This document shows, in pieces, positions 16,078 through 25,918 of a stretch of 64,000 nucleotides of DNA. The notes beneath the pieces are model-generated. The model had not been told where the DNA came from and did not search any database. It was given only the letters and a program-made list of their open reading frames with translations. A program made the position numbers and the translations under genes. The first letter of the stretch is position 1. Each line of letters begins with the position of its first letter. The stretch comes from Dehalococcoidia bacterium (GTDB lineage: Bacteria; Chloroflexota; Dehalococcoidia; UBA2979), in the NCBI GenBank assembly GCA_965220125.1, contig CBDCPB010000004.1:2674270-2738269 (forward strand), written 5' to 3'.

Positions 16078-17961
16078 ATGAACGACGAACGCGAGCTTGC
16101 ACGGCTCATGGGGGTGCTCACCACCCGACGATCCCTGCTGCGCGGCGCGGCGCTCGGCGGCGCCGGGCTCGCCGCCGCGGCGCTGATCGGCTGCGGCGAC
16201 GAGGAAGAGGAGCCGCCCGCCCCAGCCGCGACGGCCACACAAGCCGCGGCCGCCACGCCCACGGCCACACAAGCCGCGGCCGCCACGCCCACGGCTACAC
16301 AGGCCGCAGCCGCCGCGCCCACGGCCACGCCGACCGAGGCGGCGCCCGCGGAGCCGGACTACGCCGCGCAGGCACTCGCAGACGGCGCGCCCTTCCCGTA
16401 CGGCTACGCCGAGCCCGAGGGGGCGCCGAAGGCCGGCGGGATACTGCGTATCTCCCTCCTCTATCGCGGGACGCCAGCGACGTTTGACACAGGAAAGCAG
16501 CTTGAGCTTGCGGCCTCGACGGCGACGTTCTCAGCGGACCGCCTGGTTGGGTTCGCGACCGGGCAGGATCTGGGTAAGTACGTTCCGAAGACTCAGCCGG
16601 AGCTCGCGAAGTCCTGGGAGGTGAGCCCAGACGGTCTCGAATTCACGTTCGATCTGGAGCCGAACGTCAACTACCAGAATGTGGCGCCGGTCAACGGCAG
16701 GCCGTTCATCGCGCAGGACGTAAAGCTGACCTACGAGCGGCATGCGGCAGGGGGCCTGAACCAGGCCTTCTTCGCGTACGCGGACTCCTTCACCGTGGTC
16801 GACGACCAGACGTTCACCATCCAGATGAGATCGCCGGACGCGGACCTGCCCGTGGCGCTCGCCAGCCGCCAACTACCGATCTACGCGCCTGAGCTGTGGG
16901 ACGACGGGTCGATCGACACGATGGCCATCGGCACAGGCCCCGCGATACTCACGGACGTGGAGAAGGAAGCGCAGGTGACCTTCGAGTCGAACCCCGACTA
17001 TTGGCAGGGGAAACCGTACCTCGACGGCGCGGAGCTGGTCATCATCCCCGATGTCGCCGCGCGGCTCGCCGAGTACCGGGTGGGCAGGCTCGATCATGCC
17101 AATAGCATCGTCAGAAACAAGGATCAGGCCGACGGGCTGATCGAGAGCAACCCCGGCACGCGGATCACGTCGGATCCGATTACGAACGCCATCAGCTTCT
17201 TCGCGTTCAACACCGATCACCCGAAGCTGCAGGACGACAGGGTGCGTCAAGCGATGTCGCTGGCGCTGGACCGGGAAGAGATGGTCCAGATTCTGTCCGG
17301 AGGCCTGGGCAGGGTGCTCCCGGTGTTCCTCTGGCCGCTGGTATTCGACGAGGAGCCGTCGGGGGACGAGCTCGGTCGCTGGTGGCGGCACGACCCAGCC
17401 GAGGCGAAGAAGCTCGTGCAGGCGGCCGGCGCGGACGGCGTCAGCTTGACGACCTTGTTTACGCCGTCGTACGGGGCCAGCCAGCCCAACAACATCGCGT
17501 TCGTGAGTTCGCCCTGGAAAGAGATCGGCATCAATCTCGAGTCCCAGGACGTGGACTTCCAGACATTCTCCGCGTTGCGCTTCACGAGCAAGTTCAGGGA
17601 TGACCCTGACAGCCAGATGATGCAGGGGTACTCGACGGCCGCGCCGACGGCAAAGGGCTCGTTCTTCGATCTGGTGCACTCGCAGTCCTCACAGAACGTG
17701 CACACGGTCAAGGATCCGGACATCGATACCTGGGCTGAGCAGGCGGTCGGCGAATTCGACCCGGAGGCGCGTCGCGAGCTGCATCGCAAGATCTGGGACC
17801 GCGAGCTGGACCGGGTGCTCCGCCTGTCCATGTCTCAGACGTTCAACTACACGCCGGTGCAACCGTGGCTCAGGTACTACCGGTGGAATGGAGCATTCAT
17901 TTCCGTGTACCACACCTTCGATTGGGGCTTTGGCTACCACAAGGCGTGGCTGGACAAGTAG
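16078..17961 (+). CDS. ABC transporter substrate-binding lipoprotein, family 5 (peptide/nickel/opine type)
   Basis: ORF trimmed to ATG 16078. Tat motif TRRSLLRG, lipobox AALIGC, Ala/Thr/Pro linker, then a family-5 SBP body (WQGKPYLDG..., FNTDHPKLQDDRVRQA). Confidence 0.9.
   Translation: MNDERELARLMGVLTTRRSLLRGAALGGAGLAAAALIGCGDEEEEPPAPAATATQAAAATPTATQAAAATPTATQAAAAAPTATPTEAAPAEPDYAAQALADGAPFPYGYAEPEGAPKAGGILRISLLYRGTPATFDTGKQLELAASTATFSADRLVGFATGQDLGKYVPKTQPELAKSWEVSPDGLEFTFDLEPNVNYQNVAPVNGRPFIAQDVKLTYERHAAGGLNQAFFAYADSFTVVDDQTFTIQMRSPDADLPVALASRQLPIYAPELWDDGSIDTMAIGTGPAILTDVEKEAQVTFESNPDYWQGKPYLDGAELVIIPDVAARLAEYRVGRLDHANSIVRNKDQADGLIESNPGTRITSDPITNAISFFAFNTDHPKLQDDRVRQAMSLALDREEMVQILSGGLGRVLPVFLWPLVFDEEPSGDELGRWWRHDPAEAKKLVQAAGADGVSLTTLFTPSYGASQPNNIAFVSSPWKEIGINLESQDVDFQTFSALRFTSKFRDDPDSQMMQGYSTAAPTAKGSFFDLVHSQSSQNVHTVKDPDIDTWAEQAVGEFDPEARRELHRKIWDRELDRVLRLSMSQTFNYTPVQPWLRYYRWNGAFISVYHTFDWGFGYHKAWLDK
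16231..16320 (+). repeat. 30-bp tandem repeat (3 copies) inside the SBP linker
   Basis: ACGGCCACACAAGCCGCGGCCGCCACGCCC at 16231..16260 is identical at 16261..16290. The third copy (16291..16320) has a few substitutions. Encodes TATQAAAATP three times. Confidence 0.9.
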
Positions 17962-18150
17962 CGCTCGCTCGGTGGCGGGACGATCGCCAGGGTGCGACAT
18001 CCCCCGGCGATCGTCGCCGTGCGGAGCTGGCGCAGGGTTTCGTAGGCCCCGGCCTCTGCAGGACGAGGGGCGCCGGTTGTCGTCAGCCCCGGATGAGCGC
18101 GCCCAGCGATCTCATCGTGCGCGCATCGCGCGTTTGGATTGAACGGGACG

Positions 18151-19113
18151 ATGGGTAAGTACATCATCCAGCGGGTTCTGGCCTCGATTCCGTCGCTCCT
18201 CGTGGTGTCGGTAGTCATCTTCGGGCTGCTGCGACTGATCCCGGGCGATGTGGTGATGGCGCGGCTCGCGGACACCGGGGGTGGCCGCGCATACGTCTCC
18301 CAGGAAGACCTGGACAGGATGCGGCACGAGCTTGGGCTCGACCGCAACCCGGTGGTCGAATATGTCGATTGGGTGACCGGCGTGGTCAGGGGGGACTTCG
18401 GGAACTCGCTCTGGACGTCGGATGACGTGCTCTCGACCATGATTGATCGCATGGGCGTCTCGCTGCAGATCGCCGTCATGGCGATGGTGATCGCGATCGT
18501 CATCGCGATTCCCATCGGGATAATCTCCGCGGTGAACCAGGACACCTGGCTCGACTATGGCGCCCGGCTGTTCTCCATCATGGGCCTCTCGATCCCGGAC
18601 TTCTGGATCGCCACCGTGCTGCTGCTGGTGCTGTCGCTCTACATCGGTTGGCTTCCGCACTTTGGATGGTATGCACCCTGGGAGGACCCGTGGAGGAACT
18701 TCCAGGCGCTCATCTTTCCCGCGCTCATCGTCGGCTATCGCTTCTCCGCGGTAAGCGCACGCATGATGCGGTCGGCCATGCTCGAGGTGTTGCGCGAGGA
18801 CTACGTGCGAACCGCGCGGGCCAAGGGCCTCGGCGAACGAACCGTGATCATGAAGCACGCGATGCGAAACGCGGTGATCCCGGTGCTCACGATCATGGGC
18901 ACGCAGGTGAGCTTCCTGATCGGCGGCCTTGTGATCATCGAGCAGATCTTCCGTCTGCCGGGGATGGGAAGACTTGCGTTCGACGCAGTCGAGCGCCGCG
19001 ACTACCCGGTCGTGCAGGGGACGGTGATGCTGATGGCCGGAATCTTCATTTTCGTGAATCTGGCCGTCGATCTGACGTACGCCGTCATCGACCCCCGCAT
19101 CCGCTACTCCTGA
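18151..19113 (+). CDS. ABC transporter permease (DppB/OppB-like)
   Basis: MGKYIIQRVLASIPSLLVVSVVIFGLLRLIPGD N-terminus, and the EAA-loop region EDYVRTARAKGL. Confidence 0.9.
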   Translation: MGKYIIQRVLASIPSLLVVSVVIFGLLRLIPGDVVMARLADTGGGRAYVSQEDLDRMRHELGLDRNPVVEYVDWVTGVVRGDFGNSLWTSDDVLSTMIDRMGVSLQIAVMAMVIAIVIAIPIGIISAVNQDTWLDYGARLFSIMGLSIPDFWIATVLLLVLSLYIGWLPHFGWYAPWEDPWRNFQALIFPALIVGYRFSAVSARMMRSAMLEVLREDYVRTARAKGLGERTVIMKHAMRNAVIPVLTIMGTQVSFLIGGLVIIEQIFRLPGMGRLAFDAVERRDYPVVQGTVMLMAGIFIFVNLAVDLTYAVIDPRIRYS

Positions 19114-19154
19114 GGGCGGCGGCCGGACCAGACTGACGAAGAAGGCAGCAGCCA

Positions 19155-20057
19155 ATGCGAACAGCGACCACGGCGGCGCCACCCGAGATCAGGGAGTTCG
19201 CGCGGAAGCAACGTCACCCTGCGGCCGACGTGTTCATCCGCATCATCAGGCAGCCGTTCGGGGCGGTCTTCGGGCTCATGATTCTCGGGCTCATCTTCAT
19301 GGCGATTACTGCTCCGTGGATTGAACCGTACGATCCCCTCGATCTCTCGGTAGACATATTCACGGGCCCGAGTCTCAGGCACCCGTTCGGCACTGACGAT
19401 CTCGGACGTGATCAGCTGAGCCGCATCATCGACGGCTCGCGCATGTCCCTCTACGTGGGTCTCCTCTCGGTATTCGCAGGCACCCTGACTGGATCGTTCG
19501 TGGGGCTGGTGAGCGGGTTCCTGGGCGGCAAATTCGATCTCGCGGTGCAGCGCGTGGTCGACGGCATGCTCTCCTTTCCCGGCATCGTCCTTGCGATGGC
19601 GCTGGTGTCCGTGCTGGGCACGAACACCACGAACGCCGTGCTCGCGATCGCCATCGTCATCGCGCCGAGCAACTCTCGCGTCATCCGCTCGGCCGTACTG
19701 TCCGTGAAGCAGAACGTCTTCGTGGAGGCGGCGCGGGCGACGGGTGCGAGCGACAGGCGCGTGATGTTCCGCCACATCCTCCCGAACGTCGTGGCGCCGA
19801 TCCTGATCCTGGTCTCCGCCCTGCTCGGGGCCGCGATCCTGATCGAAGCGTCGTTGAGCTTCCTCGGGCTCGCGACGCAGCCACCAGACTCCTCGTGGGG
19901 GCTGATGCTGTCGACGTCCGGCCGGGAATACATGGAGATCGCGCCCTGGCTCGCGATCTTCCCCGGCCTCGCGATCAGCCTGACGGTGCTCTCCTTCAAC
20001 CTGTTTGGTGACGTAGTGCGCGACGTCCTCGACCCCCGGCTGCGCGGCGCGAGATAG
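19155..20057 (+). CDS. ABC transporter permease (DppC/OppC-like)
   Basis: HPFGTDDLGRDQLSRI, FVEAARATGAS and FNLFGDVVRDVLDPRL. Confidence 0.9.
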   Translation: MRTATTAAPPEIREFARKQRHPAADVFIRIIRQPFGAVFGLMILGLIFMAITAPWIEPYDPLDLSVDIFTGPSLRHPFGTDDLGRDQLSRIIDGSRMSLYVGLLSVFAGTLTGSFVGLVSGFLGGKFDLAVQRVVDGMLSFPGIVLAMALVSVLGTNTTNAVLAIAIVIAPSNSRVIRSAVLSVKQNVFVEAARATGASDRRVMFRHILPNVVAPILILVSALLGAAILIEASLSFLGLATQPPDSSWGLMLSTSGREYMEIAPWLAIFPGLAISLTVLSFNLFGDVVRDVLDPRLRGAR

Positions 20058-20100
20058 CTGCCGCCGGCGACGGGCCGGAGGCTGAAAAGGAGACCGAGGC

Positions 20101-21300
20101 ATGCCAGGACCGCTCGATGGAATCCGCATCCTGGACTTCACCCGCTACCAGAACGGCCCCCACGCCACGGCGATGCTGTCCGACATGGGCGCCGACGTGC
20201 TCAAGGTCGAACTGCCGGGCGACGGTGATCCGGGGCGCTCGCTCGGCCGCCTGCCGGACGGCTTCTGCTCCTACTTCGAGGGCAACAACCGCGGCAAGCG
20301 CAGCATCACGCTCGACCTCCGCAAGCCCGAGGCGCGCGAGATCGTCTGCAAGCTCGTGGCCGAGGTCGACGTCGTCACCGAGAACTTCCGGCAGGGCGTG
20401 ATGGACGGACTCGGACTGGGCTACGAGGAACTGCGCAAGCACAACGAGCGGCTGATCTACGGCTCCACCACCGGCTTCGGGCCGATAGGTGAGTGGGCGC
20501 GGCGCGCCTCCTTCGATCACATCGCGCAGGGCATGAGCGGCGCCCTGATCGCCCAGGGCGGCGGGCCCGGCAAAGAGCCGCAGGCCGTGCAGTGGGGCCT
20601 CGCCGACCAGTCGGGGAGCATTGTCTTCGCCTACGGGATCATGGCGGCGATCGTCGCGCGCGAGCGCTTCGGCACGGGCCAGCGGGTCGACGCCTCGCTG
20701 CTCGGCAGCATGATGACCGTGCAGAACCTGACGCTGGCGAACTTCCTGCACACCAAACACCAGGAGGTCCGCGAGGGCTCCGGGGGCTACAACCAGGCCG
20801 CCTTCGGCTGGCACCAGGCCGGCGACGGCAAGTGGCTGACCGTCGGCGTCCTCGATCCGAAGGACTGGCCCGGCCTCTGCCGCGCGATCGGCCGCGAGGA
20901 CCTGATCAGCGACGAGCGCAGCGCCGACGCGTTCGCCCGCCGCGAGCACGCCGAGTGGCTCCTGGCGGAGGTGAAAGGGACGCTGCTGACCAGGCCGAGG
21001 CAGTACTGGCTGGACCGGATGCTGGCGGAGGGCGTGCCCTGCGGCCCGGTCCTCGAGTACGCGGAGGTGCTCGACGAGCCGCAGTTCTGGGAGAACGGCT
21101 ATATCGTCGAGGTCGAGCACCCCCAGTTCGACGACTACCTGTCGGTGGGCGTGCCCGTCCGCTTCAGCGAGACCCCGGGCGCCGTGCAGGGCGCGGCGCC
21201 GGAACTCGGCCAGCACACCGAGGAGGTGCTGCTGAGCCTCGGCTACGACTGGACGGAGATCGAGCGGCTGCACGACGAGCGCGTGATCGCCGCGGGCTGA
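20101..21300 (+). CDS. family III CoA-transferase (CaiB/BaiF/Frc family)
   Basis: GIRILDFTRYQNGPHATAMLSDMGADVLKVE and NRGKRSITLDL. 399 aa. Confidence 0.9.
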   Translation: MPGPLDGIRILDFTRYQNGPHATAMLSDMGADVLKVELPGDGDPGRSLGRLPDGFCSYFEGNNRGKRSITLDLRKPEAREIVCKLVAEVDVVTENFRQGVMDGLGLGYEELRKHNERLIYGSTTGFGPIGEWARRASFDHIAQGMSGALIAQGGGPGKEPQAVQWGLADQSGSIVFAYGIMAAIVARERFGTGQRVDASLLGSMMTVQNLTLANFLHTKHQEVREGSGGYNQAAFGWHQAGDGKWLTVGVLDPKDWPGLCRAIGREDLISDERSADAFARREHAEWLLAEVKGTLLTRPRQYWLDRMLAEGVPCGPVLEYAEVLDEPQFWENGYIVEVEHPQFDDYLSVGVPVRFSETPGAVQGAAPELGQHTEEVLLSLGYDWTEIERLHDERVIAAG

Positions 21301-21356
21301 GCACCACAAGGGAGCGCTTGCCGGCCCGCCGGCCGCCGCTCGCGAGAAGGGATCGA

Positions 21357-23042
21357 ATGATGTCCGGGATTTCCGGGAACATGCTGGTTGCGCAGGCGCT
21401 GCAGGATCAGGGGGCCGATGCGGTCTTCACGATCGTCGCCGGCCCGGTCACCAACGTGATCGGCGCCTGCGGCGAGATCGGCGTGCGGCCGATCGGAGTG
21501 AGGCACGAGCAGGCCGCCTCGATGATGGCGATCGCCCACGGCTACGTCGCCGGCAAGGTCGGCGTCGCGATGACGGGCTCCGGCCCCGCCGTCACGAACG
21601 CGATCACCGGCGTCCACGTGGCGTGGGACAGCGGCTACCCGCTGCTGGTCCTCGGCGGCTCCGCGGCGCTGCACCAGCGCGGGCGAAATACGTTCCAGGA
21701 AGCCGACTCGGTCGCGATGATGCAGCCGATCACGAAGTGGGCGATCCAGGCCGACAGCGCCGAGCGCATCCCCGAGCTGATCGCGATGGGCTTCCACAAG
21801 GCGCTCAGCGGCCGCCCCGGCCCCGTCTACATCGACCTCCCCCTCGACGTGCTGCGCGAGGAGATCGAGGAGATCGAAGTCCGCCCGTCCATCCGCGGCG
21901 CAGCGCCGGCGCGGCCGCAGGGGGATCCGATGCTCATCGAGCAGGCAGCGGAACTGCTGCTCAACGCGGAGCGCCCGCTGCTGATCGTCGGCAAGGGCAT
22001 ACGCTGGGCCGGCGATGATGCGTTCGGGGACCTCCGGCAACTCGTCGAGGACCTCGGCGTGCCGTTCCTCGCTTCCCCCATGGGGCGCGGCTACATCCCC
22101 GACGACCACCCGCTCAACGTCGCCGCCGCCCGCAGCCAGGCGATACGCGGCGCCGACGTGGTGGTGGTGCTGGCGGCGCGACTCAACTGGATGTTCCAGA
22201 TGGGACAGGGCTTCGCCGCCGACGCGAAGCTGATCCAGGTGGACATCGAGGCGGAGGAGATCGGCGTCCAGCGCGACGTCGACGTGGGCATCGCCGGCGA
22301 CGCCGGCCACGTGCTGCGGCAGCTCAACGCGGCGCTCGCCGGCCGCACGGAGGGCCTCGCCGAGGAGCGCGCCGAGTCGCCCTGGCGGCACGAGCTGCGT
22401 GAGACGCTCGCGAGGAACGAGGAGCGCCTCGCGCCGATGCTCGCATCCGACAAGGAGCCGATCTCGCACTACCGGCTGATGTCCGAGATCCGCAACGCCG
22501 CCCCCCGCGACGCGATCATCACCGTCGACGGCGAGATCACGATGGCGACCGCGCGCCAGGTGCTGCAGAGCTACGGGCCGGCCACCCGCCTCAACTCCGG
22601 GACCAACGCCTGCATCGGCACGGGCGTGCCGTTCGCGATCGGCGCCAAGCTCGCTCGGCCCGAAGCCACGGTGATCAGCGTGAACGGCGACAGCGCCTTC
22701 GGCTTCAACGGCATGGAGATCGAGACCGCGTTGCGCCACAGCCTGCCGGTCGTCTTCATCGTCGACAACAACCAGGGGATCCTCGGCAGCACGCTCGAGG
22801 GCGCCCTGTTCCCCGAGGACTACCCCGAGCGGGTCGGGATGTACGTGCCGGAGGCGCGCTACGACAAGATCATGGAGGCCTTCGGCGGACACGCCGAGCA
22901 CGTCGAGCGGCCCGAGGAGATCGCTCCTGCCCTCGAGCGCGCCCTCGCTTCCGGCCGCGCGTCGCTGATCGACGTGGCGATCGACCCGGAGGAGCGGCAG
23001 ATGGGCCGCACCGTCAGCCAGCTGCGCGACATGGGCTACTAA
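21357..23042 (+). CDS. ThDP-dependent oxalyl-CoA decarboxylase / 2-hydroxyacyl-CoA lyase-like enzyme
   Basis: ORF 20493..23042 trimmed to ATG 21357. By eye it aligns along its length with E. coli Oxc as I remember it (HPLNVAAARS...ARLNWM, NGDSAFGFNGMEIETALRH, ARYDKIMEAFGG, IDVAIDP). Confidence 0.85.
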   Translation: MMSGISGNMLVAQALQDQGADAVFTIVAGPVTNVIGACGEIGVRPIGVRHEQAASMMAIAHGYVAGKVGVAMTGSGPAVTNAITGVHVAWDSGYPLLVLGGSAALHQRGRNTFQEADSVAMMQPITKWAIQADSAERIPELIAMGFHKALSGRPGPVYIDLPLDVLREEIEEIEVRPSIRGAAPARPQGDPMLIEQAAELLLNAERPLLIVGKGIRWAGDDAFGDLRQLVEDLGVPFLASPMGRGYIPDDHPLNVAAARSQAIRGADVVVVLAARLNWMFQMGQGFAADAKLIQVDIEAEEIGVQRDVDVGIAGDAGHVLRQLNAALAGRTEGLAEERAESPWRHELRETLARNEERLAPMLASDKEPISHYRLMSEIRNAAPRDAIITVDGEITMATARQVLQSYGPATRLNSGTNACIGTGVPFAIGAKLARPEATVISVNGDSAFGFNGMEIETALRHSLPVVFIVDNNQGILGSTLEGALFPEDYPERVGMYVPEARYDKIMEAFGGHAEHVERPEEIAPALERALASGRASLIDVAIDPEERQMGRTVSQLRDMGY

Positions 23043-23061
23043 CGCGGCTGGCGGGCCGTCA

Positions 23062-23470
<409 letters not shown>

Positions 23471-23776
23471 GCCGGCTCTCCTCGCCGCACGCTCTCAGGC
23501 CTGTCCGGCTGACGGCAGAGCGGGGTGGTGGGTGCGGTCACAGGTGAAGCGATGGCGTTTGATCCGTGGCCGCCAGGTCCGTGGAGCGACGCCTGCATTG
23601 TAGTGCAGCGAGCAACGCCTCCCGCCGCGTCCCTGCCGTGGGTAACGCGGACCGGATGGCAGCGCCCTTCCGGCAATCTCGTCCCCTGGGGCGGCTGCGT
23701 CAGAGAACGGGAGGGCGTCGACGTTGAGGTCTCCGGTGTCGACGCGGGTCGACGGGCGCCGGGAGGCCGGCGTTCG

Positions 23777-24199
23777 TTACGGCATCCGCCCCTGGCTGTG
23801 CTTGCGGTACGAGAAGAAGTCGTCCGCGGCGTGCTGATCCGCGTGGAAGGTCCACGCCTCGACGACCTGCCCGTCGCGCATGTGGTAGGTCGTGGTCGCG
23901 TTCATCGCGAGTTCCCTGCGCGCGCGCCTTCCGGTCATGTGCACGAGCGCGACGGCGTGCTCGTCGTTCGCCAGCACGTCGTGCAGCTCGATGGCGAGCG
24001 AGTCGTTGGTGAACTCCCGCAGCTTGCGGAAGTAGGTGAAGATCGCGTCGCGCCCCTGGTAGGTGTCGGAGAACAGGTTGCGCCCTCCCACGTGCCAGAC
24101 GGCGTCCTCGGCGATCAGCGCGGCGAGGGTCTCAGCGTCGCCTGAGGCGAACGCCTCGTAGCCCCGCCTCACGACCGCCGCGTTCGAATGCTCCGGCAT
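23777..24199 (-). CDS. SnoaL-like / NTF2-fold protein
   Basis: 140 aa. Contains NAAVVRRGYEAFASGDAETLAALIAEDAVWHV...GQVVEAWTF. Confidence 0.75.
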   Translation of the reverse strand: MPEHSNAAVVRRGYEAFASGDAETLAALIAEDAVWHVGGRNLFSDTYQGRDAIFTYFRKLREFTNDSLAIELHDVLANDEHAVALVHMTGRRARRELAMNATTTYHMRDGQVVEAWTFHADQHAADDFFSYRKHSQGRMP

Positions 24200-24356
24200 C
24201 GCGCCCTCCTCACAACGCCCGCGCCTTGATTCCGCTCCCCGTCCGCGGGCCCCGCACGGCCATCATAGACATTGTGAGCAGCGGGGCCGTCTACGGGCCC
24301 TCCGCGTGGGAGCCGAACGTGACGGCGTTCCATCGAAGGCGGACAGCGCCGCCCGA

Positions 24357-24662
24357 TCAGTAGCGCTGCTCGTACCAGCCGTCGCCGGGCGGCTGCGTCT
24401 CGTCGTGGAAGAGCGTGAGCGTGCCGCCGCCCTCGAGGACGACGCGGTAGTAGCTGCGCCGCAGCGGCGGCTCGCGCCACCACTCGTCCGCGATGCGCCA
24501 CGCCTCCGCGACGCGCTCGACGGCGAGCGGTGCGTCCCGCACGCCGCGCCGCGTCCGCCGCAACTCGCGCGGCTCGCCCTCGGGGCCGGGACGCACCTCG
24601 ATCGGCCGTGGCAGGCCCAGCGGGCTGAGCGCGCCGTCCGCCGGCTGCCGCTCCGCGCTCAC
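24357..24662 (-). CDS. ImuB C-terminal domain encoded as a separate ORF in the -1 frame (GTGA overlap with the imuB stop)
   Basis: GTG at 24662..24660 overlaps the imuB TGA (24661..24659). 101 aa. VERVAEAWRIADEWWREPPLRRSYYRVVLEGGGTLTLFHDE...GWYEQRY resembles the C-terminal WW...YY...W motif region of full-length ImuB proteins as I recall them. Confidence 0.6.
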   Translation of the reverse strand: MSAERQPADGALSPLGLPRPIEVRPGPEGEPRELRRTRRGVRDAPLAVERVAEAWRIADEWWREPPLRRSYYRVVLEGGGTLTLFHDETQPPGDGWYEQRY

Positions 24663-25861
24663 GGCTCGTAGTCGGCGAGGGCGTAGCGGCGCTCGGGGAT
24701 GCGGCTCTGCGGAGCGAGCGCGACGACACGGCGCAGCGCCGCCTGCCCGTAGCGCAGCCGCAGGTGGCGGGCCATCTCGTCCAACTGCTCGCGACGCCGC
24801 GCGCCGCCCTCGCGCAGCAGCCGGGCCTGGCGGCCACGCTCGGCGGTCAGGCCGCCGAGCTCCAGCGTCAGCTCGGCCACCGGCCCGCCGAACTCCGCCG
24901 CCTCGATCGAGGGCGCGAGCGCGGTCCACAGCCGCGTGCGGTCGCCGGTCGGCTCGGTCAGCACGCGACGGCGCTCCCAGACCCGCTCGTCCTCCATCAC
25001 GGCGTTGAGCTGGACGGCGCGCACGAGACGGCCGCGCGCCACGGGCCGTGCGAGCGCGCGTCCCAGCAGTTGCCCGAAGGTGTGCAGCAGCGCCTCGCGG
25101 CCGATCAGCGGCGGCTCGGCCTGCGCGCGCTCCAGCACGCGCTCGCGCTGCGCGATGGGCGCGAGCGGCGTCGGATCTTCGCCGCGCGCGGCCAGCCAGG
25201 CGCGCCCGCCCGCCTCCCCGAGCTGCGCCTCGACGGCGTGTCGCGGCAGCGCCGCGAGGTCGCCGAGCGTGGCGATGCCGAGCAGCGCGAGCCACTCCCG
25301 CGCCGCCTGCTCCAGCGGCAGCAGCGCGGTCGGCCGCGGCGCGAGGAAGGCGCGCGCCTCGTCGCCGTCGATGCGCAGCCACGCCCCCGGTTGCGCGGCG
25401 AAGGCGGCCACGCGCGCCGTGAAGCGGCTGTCCGCCACTCCCAGCCGCGCGCCGAACTCGCGCGGAGCCGCCTCCAGCAGCGCCCGGGCGAGTGCGTCCT
25501 GCTGCGGGTAGAGGCCCTCGAGGCCGCGCAGGTCGGCGTAGACCTCGCCCGGCGCCGCCTCCTCGACCAGCGGGCTGACGGCGGCGGCGGCCTCGACGAG
25601 CTGCGAGGCGGCGCGCCGCACGCGCGCCGGCCGCGCCTCGATGACGGCGAGCGCGGGGCAGCAGGCCAGCGCCTCGCTGAGCCGCTGTCCCGGCCGCACC
25701 CCGCGCGCGGCGGCGGCCTCGCTGGCCTCGGCCACGCGCCGCCCGGAGTCATCGCTGACGGCGACGGGCCGCCCGTGCAGCTGCGGACGCGCCGCCAGCT
25801 CGGCGGCGAGCGCCGGCGATGGCACGAGCAGGCATGCGATCCGTGAGCGTCGAATCCTCAT
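24659..25861 (-). CDS. imuB: ImuB-like Y-family polymerase homologue (body, 400 aa)
   Basis: N-terminus RIACLLVPSPALAAE...GRPVAVSD...VRPGQRLSEALACCPAL, without an obvious catalytic acidic triad. Divergent from dnaE2 across a LexA box. Confidence 0.8.
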   Translation of the reverse strand: MRIRRSRIACLLVPSPALAAELAARPQLHGRPVAVSDDSGRRVAEASEAAAARGVRPGQRLSEALACCPALAVIEARPARVRRAASQLVEAAAAVSPLVEEAAPGEVYADLRGLEGLYPQQDALARALLEAAPREFGARLGVADSRFTARVAAFAAQPGAWLRIDGDEARAFLAPRPTALLPLEQAAREWLALLGIATLGDLAALPRHAVEAQLGEAGGRAWLAARGEDPTPLAPIAQRERVLERAQAEPPLIGREALLHTFGQLLGRALARPVARGRLVRAVQLNAVMEDERVWERRRVLTEPTGDRTRLWTALAPSIEAAEFGGPVAELTLELGGLTAERGRQARLLREGGARRREQLDEMARHLRLRYGQAALRRVVALAPQSRIPERRYALADYEP

Positions 25862-25888
25862 GGTTCACCCCCGCCAAGAGGCTTGCGC

Positions 25889-25918
25889 ATGGTAGCAGAA
25901 CGCACGTTCTGTTACCAT
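25889..25918. promoter_or_regulatory. LexA (SOS) box GAAC-N4-GTTC inside a 30-bp near-perfect palindrome between imuB and dnaE2
   Basis: ATGGTAGCAGAAC GCAC GTTCTGTTACCAT has 13-bp arms with one mismatch. The core GAACGCACGTTC is at 25898..25909. TACCAT hexamers lie on both strands at the palindrome ends (25913..25918 on +, complement of 25889..25894 on -). Confidence 0.7.

Noticed and set aside
20493-21356. 288-codon N-terminal extension of the ThDP enzyme ORF (track ORF 20493..23042)
   Set aside because: It overlaps the CoA-transferase gene out of frame with Arg-rich nonsense. Homology to Oxc starts at MMSGISGNMLVAQAL (ATG 21357).
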